Below are positions 53,301-64,000 of a stretch of 64,000 nt of DNA, in pieces. Source of the stretch: Nemertoderma westbladi (lineage: Eukaryota > Animalia > Xenacoelomorpha); assembly GCA_032718475.1 (NCBI GenBank), contig JAUCBJ010008363.1:1-64000 (forward strand), given 5' to 3'. Every line of letters begins with the position of its first letter. The first letter of the stretch is position 1. The notes under the pieces are model-generated. The model ran no database searches. It was not told where the DNA came from and saw nothing but the letters and a program-made list of their open reading frames with translations. The position numbers were made by a program, and so were the translations under genes.

Positions 53301-56300
53301 GATAGACAATCTTAAACGAAAGTCAAAAGAACAAGTAACACTTACATTTATAGAAGTGATCAGCTATTCTTTGCTTCACCTTTCCCCTGGAGATGGATGA
53401 ATTTTGATTGCGTCGGAACACCCCCTTTTGAGGCTCTCAGAGTGAAGAGATAAGTAGCCTATCTTCCTGTTAATATTGTTGTGTTCTAGAATATTTATTA
53501 TAGTTTCATCGTATTGCCAAAGCGGCTGGAGCCAAAGTTAATATGTAATGCAATAATTCACCTCAAATATCTCAGCTAGTTCATGAATATAATGAGTATT
53601 AAATCCTTGTCAAAATCCTTGGTGTTTTTCAGCAATAATTTATTAAAATCTCCTCTGATTTTTTACAAAAAACGACATAGATTTTCATATTCATGACTTC
53701 TAACCCACTCCAAGAGATAGACAATCTTAAATGAAAGTCAAAAGAGCAGGTAACACTTACATTTATAGAAGTAATCAGCTGTTCTTTGCTTCGTCTTTCC
53801 CCTGGAGATGGATGAATTTTGATTGCGTCGGAACACCCCCTTTTTGAGGCTCTCAGAGTGAAGATATAAGTAGCCTATCTCCCTGTTAATATTATTGTGT
53901 TCTAGAATATTTATTATAGTTTCATCGTATTGCCAAAGCGGCTGGAGCCGAAGTTAATATGAGATACAATAATTCACCTCAAATTTCTCAGCTATTTCAT
54001 GAATATAATGCGTATTAAAGCCATGTCAAAATCCTTGGGGTTTTTCAGCAATAATTTATCAAAATATCCTCTGAATTTTTTCAAAAACCACATCGATTTT
54101 TATATTAATAACTTCTAACCCACTCCATGAGATAGAGAATCTTAAATGAAAGTCAAAAGAACAGGTAACACTAGTAACACAGTGAAGAGATAAGTAGCCT
54201 ATATCCCTGTTAATATTGTTGTGTTCTAGAATATTTATTATAGATTCATCGTATTGCCAAAGAGACTGGAGCTGAAGTTAATATATAATGCAACAATTCA
54301 CCTCAAGTATCTCAGCTATTTCATGAACATAATGAAGTATTAAAGCCATGTCAAAATCTATGGTATTTTTCAGCAATAATTAATCATAATATCCTTTGAT
54401 TTTATTCAAAAACCACATCGATTTTCATATTCATGACTTCTATCCCAGTCCACAAGATAAAGAATCTTAAACAAAAGTCAAAAAACAGGTAACACTTACA
54501 TTTATAGAATTAATCAGCTGTTTTTTGCTTCGTCTTTCCCCTGGAGATGGTTAAATTTTGATTGTGTCAAAACACCCCCCTCTCTCTATCTGTGGCTGTC
54601 TGAGTGGAGAGATAAGAAGCCTATCTCCCTGTTAATATTGTTGTGTTCTAGAATATTTTTTATAGTTTCATCGTATTGCCAAATCGGTTGGAGCCGAAGT
54701 TAATATGTAATACAATAATTCACCTCAAATTTCTCAGCTATTTCATGAATATAATGAGTATTAAAGCCATGTCAAAATCCTTGGAGTTTTTCAGCAATAA
54801 TTTATCAAAATCTCCTCTGATTTTTTTCAAAAACCACATCAATTTTCATATTTATAACTTCTATCCCACTCCACGAGATAGAGAATCTTAAACGAAAGTC
54901 ATAAGAACAGGTAACACTTTCATTTATAGAAGTAATCAGCTATTATTTGCTTCGTCTTTCCCCTGGAGATGGTTTGCATTTTGATTGTGTCAAAACACCC
55001 ATCCCTCTATCTGTGGCTGTCTGAATGGAGAGATAAGTAGCCTATCTCCCTGTTAATATTGTTGTTTTCTAGAATATTTATTATAGTTTCATCGTATTGC
55101 TAATGTGACTGGAGTTAAAGTTATTATGTAATGCAATAATTCACCTCAAATATCTCAGTTTTTTCATGAACATAATGAAGTATTAAAGCCATGTCAAAAT
55201 CCTTGGTGTTTTTCAGTAATAATTTATCAAAATATCCTCTGATTTTTTTTCAAAAACCACATCGATTTTCATATTTACAACTTCTAACCAAATCCACGAG
55301 ATAGAGAATCTTAAACGAAAGTCATAAGAACAGGTAACACTTTCATTTATAGAAGTAATCAGCTGTTATTTGCTTCGTCTTTCCCCTGCAGATGGATGAA
55401 TTTTGATGGCGTCGGAACACCCCATTTCTGAGGCTCTCAGAGTGGAGAGATAAGTAGCCTATCTCCCTGTTAATATTGTTGTGTTCTAGAATATTTATTA
55501 TAGTTTCATCGTATTGCCAAAGCGGCTGGAGCCAAAGTTAATATGTAATGCAATAATTCACCTCAAATTTCTCAGCTATTTCTTCAACATAATGAAGTAT
55601 TAAAGTCATGTCAAAATCCTTGGTGTTTTTCTGCAATAATTTATCAAAATATCCTTTGATTTTTTACAAAAAACGACATCGATTTTCATATTCATGACTT
55701 ATAACCCACTCCAAGAGATAGACAATCTTAAATGAAAGTCAAAAGAGCAGGTAACACTTACATTTATAGAAGTAATCAGCTGTTCTTTGCTTCGTCTTTC
55801 CCCTGGAGATGGATGAATTTTGATTGCGTCGGAACACCCCCTTTTTGAGGCTCTCAGAGTGAAGAGATAAGTAGCCTATCTCCCTGTTAATATTGTTGTG
55901 TTCTAGAATATTTATTATAGTTTCATCGTATTGCCAAAGCGGCTGGAGCCGAAGTTAATATGTGATACAATAATTCACCTCAAATTTCTCAGCTATTTCA
56001 TGAATATAATGAGTATTAAAGCCATGTCAAAATCCTTGGGGTTTTTCAGCAATATTTTATCAAAATATCCTCTGATTTATTTCAAAAACCACATTGATTT
56101 TTATATTTATAACTTCTAAACCACTCCATGAGATAGCGAATCTTAAATGAAAGTCAAAAGAACAGGTAACACTTACATTTATAGAATATAAGTAATCAGT
56201 TGTTCTTTGCTTCGTCTTTCCCCTGAAGATGGATGAAATTTGATTGCGTCGAAACACCCCGTTTTTGAGGCTCTCAGAGTAAAGAGATAAGTAGCCTATC

Positions 56301-58779
56301 TCCCTGTAAAGATTGTTGTGTTCTAGAATATTTATTATAGTTTCATCGTATTCCCAAAACGGCTGGAGCCGAAGATTATATGTAATACAATAACTCAGTA
56401 TTAAAGTCATGTCAAAATCCTTGGTGTTTTTCTGCAATAATTTATCAAAATCTCCTCTGATTTTTTACAAAAAACGACATCGATTTTCATATTCATGACT
56501 TCTATCCCAGTCCACAAGATACAGAATCTTAAACGAAAGATAAAAAACAGGTAACACTGACATTTATAGAAGTAAGCAGCTGTTATTTTCTTCGTCTTTC
56601 CCCTGGAGATGGTTGAATTTTGATTGTGTCAAAACACCCCTCCCTATCTGTGGCTGTCTGAATGGAGAGATAAGTAGCCTATCTCCCTGTTAATATTGTT
56701 GTGTTCTAGAATATTTATTATAGTTTCATCATATTGCTAATGTGGCTGGAGTTAAAGTTTTTATGTAATGCAATAATTCACCTCAAATATCTCAGTTTTT
56801 TCATGAACGTAATGAAGTTTTAAAGCCATGTCAAAATCCTTGGGGTTTTTCAGCAATAATTTATTAAAATCTCCTCTTATTTTTTACAAAAAACGACATC
56901 GATTTTCATATTAATGACTTTTAACCCACTCCAAGAGATAGACAATCTTAAATGAAAGTCAAAAGAGCAGGTAACACTTATATTTATAGAAGTTATCAGC
57001 TGTTCTTTGCTTCGTCTTTCCCCTGGAGATGGATGAATTTTGATTGCGTCGGAACACCCCCTTTTTGAGGCTCTCAGAGTGAAGAGATAAGTAGCCTATC
57101 TCCCTGTTAATATTGTTGTATTCTAGAATATTCATTATAGTTTCATCGTATTGCCAAAGCGGCTGGAGCCGAAGTTAATATGTGATACAATAATTCACCT
57201 CAAATTTCTCAGCTATTTCATGAATATAATGAGTATTAAATCCTTGTCAAAATCCTTGGTGTTTTTCAGCAATAATTTATTAAAATCTTCTCTGATTTTT
57301 TACAAAAAACGACATCGATTTTCATATTCATGACTTCTAACCCACTCCAAAAGATAAAGAATCTTAAATGAAAGTCAAAATAACAGGTAACACTTACATT
57401 TATCGAAGTAATCAGCTGTTCTTTGCTTCGTCTTTCCCCTGGAGATGGATGAATTTTGATTGCGTTGGAACACCCCTTTTTTGAGGCTCTCAGAGTGAAG
57501 AGATAAGTAACCTATATCCTTGTTAATATTGTTGTGTTCTAGAATATTTATCATAGTTTCATCATATTGCTAATGTGGCTGGAGTTAAAGTTATTATGTA
57601 ATGCAATAATTCACCTCAAATATCTCAGTTTTTTCATGAACGTAATGAAGTTTTAAACCCATGTCAAAATCCTTGGGGTTTTTCAGCAATAATTTATTAA
57701 AATCTCCTCTGATTTTTTACAAAAAACGACATCGATTTTCATATTAATGACTTCTAACCCACTCCAAGAGATAGACAATCTTAAATGAAAGTCAAAAGAG
57801 CAGGTAACACTTATATTTATAGAAGTAATCAGCTGTTCTTTGCTTCGTCTTTCCCCTGGAAATGGATGAATTTTGATTGCGTTGGAACACCCCTTTTTTG
57901 AGGCTCTCAGAGTGAAGAGATAAGTAACCTATATTGTTAAACAAACTATCCCGGCCTAACCAATAAAGACACAAAACTGCTCTATTTATCAGACAGGGCA
58001 ATCAGGAGCGTATTATTGCTAATGTGTAGGGCTGCTAAATACAAAACTGCTAATTGCCGTTAGATGGCGCTAATCTGCCGTCCGCTAATATGTTTTACTA
58101 ATTTTCTACGGCTCCTGCTAATTTCTTGTTCCTTTCTCTACCAATTACTCGATAGAGAGCTAACTGTTCGAATATATGAGCCACGCGGGAATAACCAAAA
58201 CAACAAACCCGAATCGGCTCCCTAAGCTGACTTAAAACGAGTGTGAGAGGTTTTACACTCAGAGTATATTCTTACGCCTAATCTTACTGTTAAAGTACGC
58301 CAATGCCTACGTCTTTTCTAATCGCGAATACTGGGGTTCCCTAATGGAATGTGTGAATGCGAGAATATTTAAAATAATCAAAATGGTACAGTGTTTATTA
58401 GGGCTAATACCTATAGTGGGACTAAACTTGTCTGCGGCTGGCTTTAGGCCAGCAAATTACTAATGCGTTTTGCGTACTGAATACTGCGATCTAGCTTATT
58501 GCCCGCTAATTCAAATAACCGCTCAGCGTGAATAGTTTACGGTACTCTAATTATTACCTTAGCTACTCTCCGCTATGCTGCGTACTAATTCTTAATTTTA
58601 CTAATTAATTACAGTCACAAATATGTAACAGCCTAAAATACTGTATTATTTTGACCTAATCAGTAATTATTTACAGTAAACTAAGAAATAGAAATCAATC
58701 AAAGGGAAAAGAGCGCCTATCTAAGCATTCGTAATCTTAGGCACACTTTAATAACACACCAATCAGCGTCAGCAATCAC

Positions 58780-58900
58780 AGCTCGCAATGCGCGATTCGC
58801 AATTGTACAATCCGCAATTACACAATTCGCAATGCACGCAATTCGCAATTACACAGCACAATATAATAATTCGCAATGCATGCAATTCGCAATTGTAAAG
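58780..58900. repeat. Short degenerate tandem repeat (ATTCGCAAT core) within the solo LTR
   Basis: At least six (A)TTCGCAAT/TCCGCAAT units at 10-25 bp spacing. Confidence 0.75.
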
Positions 58901-59472
58901 CACGCAGACCTCTCCCGGCTACATCTAGGCTTCCTAACTAACCCAATTCCTGCCCCCTAAAGCTACAAGATTGAGACAAAATCTGGATCATCAGCCCCCT
59001 AATTACTGTACCAGCGAGCTGCCCCCACGCTACAATGCAAATTGCTCGACCGCAACGGTGACCCCCCGCCAGCGTTGCTCGCCTTTGAATCCTCCGCTCC
59101 CTTCGTCGGTAACCCCCCGATGCGCCCACCGCCTACCGGTACCTTAGCCCTCCATCAGGATGAATAGCTACCGTAGCGGCGCATGCAAATCACAAACAGT
59201 CTGACAGTCTAAAGAAATCCCGTGGGATTATCACATCTTAAATCACATAGGAATTAGTAATCAAAGTAGAAACCATAATTCAAAGTTGTAATTTGCAGTA
59301 ATTGATTGAGAAATACAGAAAGATAGACGAAAGATTTAACAATTAACCAGAAACAAAACTACAATACTGCCACTGGTACTGCTGTAACAACTGAGAACTA
59401 GAGAACTAGATACAAAGATAACTAGAGATTAAGATAACTAGAACTAGATGCACATACCGGAAATACAGCCAC

Positions 59473-59566
59473 TTTATAGGTGATGCAACAGGGATGACGC
59501 AATATTCCTCTCATTGGCTCCCCAATCCGCCCCACCATCAGACCAACCTGGAACAGCTGGGCCAAT
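59473..59566 (-). promoter_or_regulatory. Probable Pol II promoter in the U3 of the solo LTR
   Basis: Minus-strand TATAAA at 59478-59473. Upstream of it are CCAAT boxes (59513-59517, 59522-59526, 59562-59566) and a GC box CCGCCC (59527-59532). Confidence 0.55.
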
Positions 59567-59879
59567 AAGGAAGCCGGATTGTGAACCTCAGGGCTTCCAA
59601 ATCGCAAATTATTACCATATATGGTAATGGATCACGTCCCTGGCTGCTGAATGGTTAGGATTGCGTTCCTGGATGCTAGCCCTATCGAGGCTAATAATAG
59701 CAAGCTTATATCCAGGGTCCAACAAGAAACTTGCTACCCTGGAACTATCTACTTATATCCTATTACAAAATTACATAGGTAGGGCTACATACTATACAAA
59801 ATGGATTAATTCAAAATATATGGGCGTTTTATTTCCTTATCTAAATGTCATCGCGCATTATCATGTCTTATCTAAATAA

Positions 59880-60010
59880 TTATACTGCATAATGACTAAT
59901 ATTGTGTACAGTAGAACGGCTAATAATGTGTACTGCATAATGGCTAATAATGTGTACTGCATAATAGTGCATAATAGCTAATAATGTGTACTGCATCGGC
60001 TAATAATGTA
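59880..60010. repeat. ~24-bp minisatellite (GGCTAATAATGTGTACTGCATAAT) near the solo LTR end
   Basis: Four to five imperfect copies are visible. Confidence 0.8.
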
Positions 60011-62105
60011 GATACAGCGCCATATACCGTAACATATATCCTTATTAATATTGTTGTGTTCTAGAATATTTATTATAGTTTCATCGTATTGCTAATGTGG
60101 CTGGAGTTAAAGTTATTATGTAATGCAATAATTCACCTCAAATATCTCAGTTTTTTCATGAACATAATGAAGTATTAAAGCCATGTCAAAATCCTTGGTG
60201 TTTTTCAGCAATAATTAATCAAAATATCCTTTGATTTTTTTTCAAAAACCACATCGATTTTCATATTTATAACTTCTAACCCACTCCATGAGATAGCGAA
60301 TCTTAAATGAAAATCAAAAGAACAGGTAACACTTACATTTATAGAAGTAATCAGCTGTTCTTTGCATTGTCTTTCCCCTGGAGATGGATGAATTTTGATT
60401 GCGTCGGAACACCCCTTTTTTGAGGCTCTCAGAGTGAAGAGATAAGTAGCCTATATCCCTGTTAATATTGTTGTGTTCTAGAATATTAATTATAGTTTCA
60501 TCGTATTGCCAAAGCGGCTGGAGCCAAAGTTAATATGTAATGCAATAATTCACCTCAAATATCTCAGTTTTTTCATGAACATAATGAAGTATTAAAGCCA
60601 TGTCAAAATCCTTGGTGTTTTTCAGCAATAATTAATCAAAATATCCTTTGATTTTTTTTAAAAACCACATCGATTTTCATATTTATAACTTCTAACCCAC
60701 TCCATGAGATAGCGAATCTTAAATGAAAATCAAAAGAACAGGTAACACTTACATTTATAGAAGTAATCAGCTGTTCTTTGCATTGTCTTTCCCCTGGAGA
60801 TGGATGAATTTTGATTGCGTCGGAACACCCCTTTTTTGAGGCTCTCAGAGTAAAGAGATAAGTAGCCTATATCCCTGTTAATATTGTTGTGTTCTAGAAT
60901 ATTAATTATAGTTTCATCGTATTGCCAAAGCGGCTGGAGCCGAAGTTAATATGTAATGCAATAATTCACCTCAAATATCTCAGTTTTTTCATGAACATAA
61001 TGAAGTATTAAAGCCATGTAAAAATCCTTGGTGTTTTTCAGCAATAATTAATCAAAATATCCTTTGATTTTTTTAAAAAACCACATCGATTTTCATATTT
61101 ATAACTTCTAACCCACTCCATGAGATAGCGAATCTTAAATGAAAGTCAAAAGAACAGGTAACACTTACATTTATAGAAGTAATCAGCTGTTCTTTGCATC
61201 GTCTTTCCCCTGGAGATGGATGAAATTTGATTGCGTCGGAACACCCCGTTTACGAGGCTCTCAGAGTGAAGAGATAAGTAGCCTATCTCCCTGTAAAGAT
61301 TGTTGTGTTCTAGAATATTTATTATAGTTTCATCGTATTGCCAAAGCGGCTGGAGCCGAAGTTAATATGTAATATAATAACTCACCTCAAATTTCTCAGC
61401 TATTTCATCAACATAATGAAGTATTAAAGTCATGTCAAAATCCTTGGTGTTTTTCTGCAATAATTTATAAAAATCTCCTCTGATTTTTTACTAAAAACGA
61501 CATCGATTTTCATATTCATGACTTCTATCCCAGTCCACAAGATACAGAATCTTAAACAAAAGTCAAAAAACAGGTAACACTTACATTTATAGAAGTAATC
61601 AGCTGTTATTTGATTCGTCTTTCCCCTGGTGATGGTTGAATTTTGATTGTGTCAAAACACCCCTCCCTATCTGTGGCTGTCTGAATGGAGAGATAAGTAG
61701 CCTATCTCCCTGTTAATATTGTTGTGTTCTAGAATATTTATTATAGTTTCATCATATTGCTAATGTGGCTGGAGTTAAAGTTATTATGTAATGCAATAAT
61801 TCACCTCAAATATCTCAGTTTTTTCATGAACGTAATGAAGTTTTAAAGCCATGTCAAAATCCTTGGGGTTTTTCAGCAATAATTTATTAATTTGCCAAAG
61901 CGGCTGCAGCCAAAGTTAATATGTGATACAATAATTCACCTCAAATTTCTCAGCTATTTCATGAATATAATGAGTATTAAAGCCATGTCAAAATCCTTGG
62001 TGTTTTTCAGCAATAATTTATCAAAATATCCTCTGATTATTTTCAAAAACCACATCGATTTACATATTTATAACTTCTAACCCACTCCACGAGATAGAGA
62101 ATCTT

Positions 62106-64000
62106 AAGATTCGCTATCTCATGGAGTGGGTTAGAAGTTATGAATATGAAAATCGATGTCGTTTTTTGAAAAAAATCAGAGGATATTTTGATTAATTATT
62201 GCTGAAAAACACCAAGGATTTTGACATGGCTTTAATACTTCATTATGTTCATGAAAAAACTGAGATATTTGAGGTGAATTATTGCATTACATAATAACTT
62301 TAACTCCAGCCACATTAGCAATACGATGAAACTATAATAAATATTCTAGAACACAACAATATTAACAGCGATATAGGCTACTTATCTCTTCACTCTGAGA
62401 GCCTCAAAAAAGGGGTGTTCCGACGCAATCAAAATTCATCCATCTCCAGGGGAAAGACGAAGCAAAGAACAGCTGATTACTTCGATAAATGTAAGTGTTA
62501 CCTGTTCTTTTGACTTTCATTTAAGATTCATTATTTTGTGGAGTGGGTTAGAAGTCATGAATATGAAAATCGATGTCGTTTTTTGTAAAAAATCAGAGGA
62601 GATTTTAATAAATTATTGCTGAAAAACACCAAGGATTTTGACAAGGCTTTAATACTCATTATATTCATGAAATAGCTGAGAAATTTGAGGTGAATTATTG
62701 CATTACATAATAACTTTAACTCCTGCCACATTAGCAATACGATGAAACTATAATAAATATTCTAGAACACAACAATATTAACAGGGAGATAGGCTACTTA
62801 TCTCTTCACTCTGAGAGCCTCAAAAACGGGGTGTTCCGACGCAATCAAATTTCATCCATCTCCAGAGGGGAAATACGATGCAAAGAACAGCTGATTACTT
62901 CTCTAAATGTAAGTGTTATCTGTTCTTTTGACTTTCATTTAAGATTCGCTATCTCATGGAGTGGGTTAGAAGTTATAAATATGAAAATCGACGTGGTTTT
63001 TTAAAAAAATCACAGGATATTTTGATTAATTATTGCTGAAAAACACCAAGGATTTTGACATGGCTTTAATACTTCATTATGTTCATGAAAAAACTGAGAT
63101 ATTTGAGGTGAATTATTGCATTACATAATAACTTTAACTCCAGCCACATTAGCAATACGATGAAACTATAATAAATATTCTAGAACACAACAATATTAAC
63201 AACGATATAGGTTACTTATCTCTTCACTCTGAGAGCCTCAAAAAAGGGTGTTCCAACGCAATCAAAATTCATCCATCTCCAGGGGAAAGACGAAGCAAAG
63301 AACAGCTGAATACTTCGATAAATTTAAGTGTTACCTGTTCTTTTGACTTTCATTTAAGATTCATTATTTTGTGGAGTGGGTAAGAAGTCATGAATATGAA
63401 AATCGATGTCGTTTTTTGTAAAAAATCAGAGGAGATTTTAATAAATTATTGCTGAAAAACACCAAGGATTTTGACATGGCTTTAATACTTCATTATGTTC
63501 ATGAAAAACTGAGATATTTGAGGTGAATTATTGCATTACATAATAACTTTAACTCCAGCCACATTAGCAATACGATGAAACTATAATAAATATTCTAGAA
63601 CACAACAATATTAACAAGGATATAGGTTACTTATCTCTTCACTCTGAGAGCCTCAAAAATAGGGTGTTCCAACGCAATCAAAATTCATCCATCTCCAGGG
63701 GAAAGACAAAGCAAAGAACAGCTGATTACTTCGATAAATGTAAGTGTTACCTGTTCTTTTGACTTTCATTTAAGATTCTTTATCTTGTGGAGTGGGTTAG
63801 AAGTCATGAATATGAAAATCGAAGTCGTTTTTTGTAAAAAATCAGAGGAGATTTTAATAAATTATTGCTGAAAAACACCAAGGATTTTGACAAGGATTTA
63901 ATACTCATTATATTCATGAAATAGCTGAGAAATTTGAGGTGAATTATTGCATTACATAATAACTTTAACTCCACCCACATTAGCAATACGATGAAACTAT
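62106..64000 (-). repeat. Same ~416-bp satellite in inverted orientation, continuing beyond the window
   Basis: Reverse complements of the monomer landmarks (GGAGTGGGTTAGAAGT, GGGGTGTTCCGACGC, CTCCAGCCACATTAGC) start directly after GAATCTTAAGATTC. Confidence 0.97.

Larger units (their letters stand above)
57935..60034 (-). mobile_element. Solo LTR (2100 bp) of an LTR retrotransposon
   Basis: TGTTA...TAACA ends with a 5-bp TSD TATAT (57930-57934 and 60035-60039) in the satellite site CCTATATCC. No internal direct terminal repeat and no credible ORF. Orientation is inferred from promoter motifs. Confidence 0.85.
10867..62105 (+). repeat. AT-rich satellite DNA, ~416-bp monomer, roughly 115 head-to-tail copies with higher-order structure
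   Basis: Landmarks such as CATCGATTTTCATATTCATGACTTCTAACCCACTCC, GCGTCGGAACACCCCC and GCGGCTGGAGCC recur every ~415-418 bp (e.g. 11561/11977 and 12675/13091). The copy count is estimated from length. Confidence 0.98.

Noticed and set aside
11561-63986. Dozens of 60-125 aa ORFs (MYYSFIVLPKRLEP..., MFRRNQ...) as a tandem gene family
   Set aside because: They are translations of the satellite monomer that appear and vanish with single-base indels, with no sign of codon-level constraint.

Overview
Eukaryotic, probably invertebrate, repeat-dominated DNA with no ordinary host genes. Bases 1-10866 are a nested stack of mobile elements. A BEL/Pao LTR retrotransposon (3' half of pol, a decayed accessory region and a 3' LTR ending at 10866) is interrupted inside its RT by the end of a Polinton/Maverick-like element (ACTACT terminus at 3623, with RING, unknown and packaging-ATPase genes on the minus strand). 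The ATPase is itself cut just before Walker B by an element ending in ...GGCAACA (1367). That innermost element carries the most unusual signal in the window: an array (1-980) of two kinds of long hairpin module with cUUCGg/GAAA tetraloops, a kink-turn-like core and copy-specific compensatory base changes, which suggests a structured RNA array. Bases 10867-64000 are an AT-rich ~416-bp satellite with several higher-order repeats. It has four single insertions (Helentron-type HINE, piggyBac-type MITE, 5'-truncated RTE-like LINE, 2.1-kb solo LTR) and an orientation switch at a TTAA (62104-62107), the same monomer position used by the piggyBac-type insertion. Nearly all short ORFs after 10.9 kb are satellite artefacts. 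All family calls come from motif recognition by eye, with no database search.
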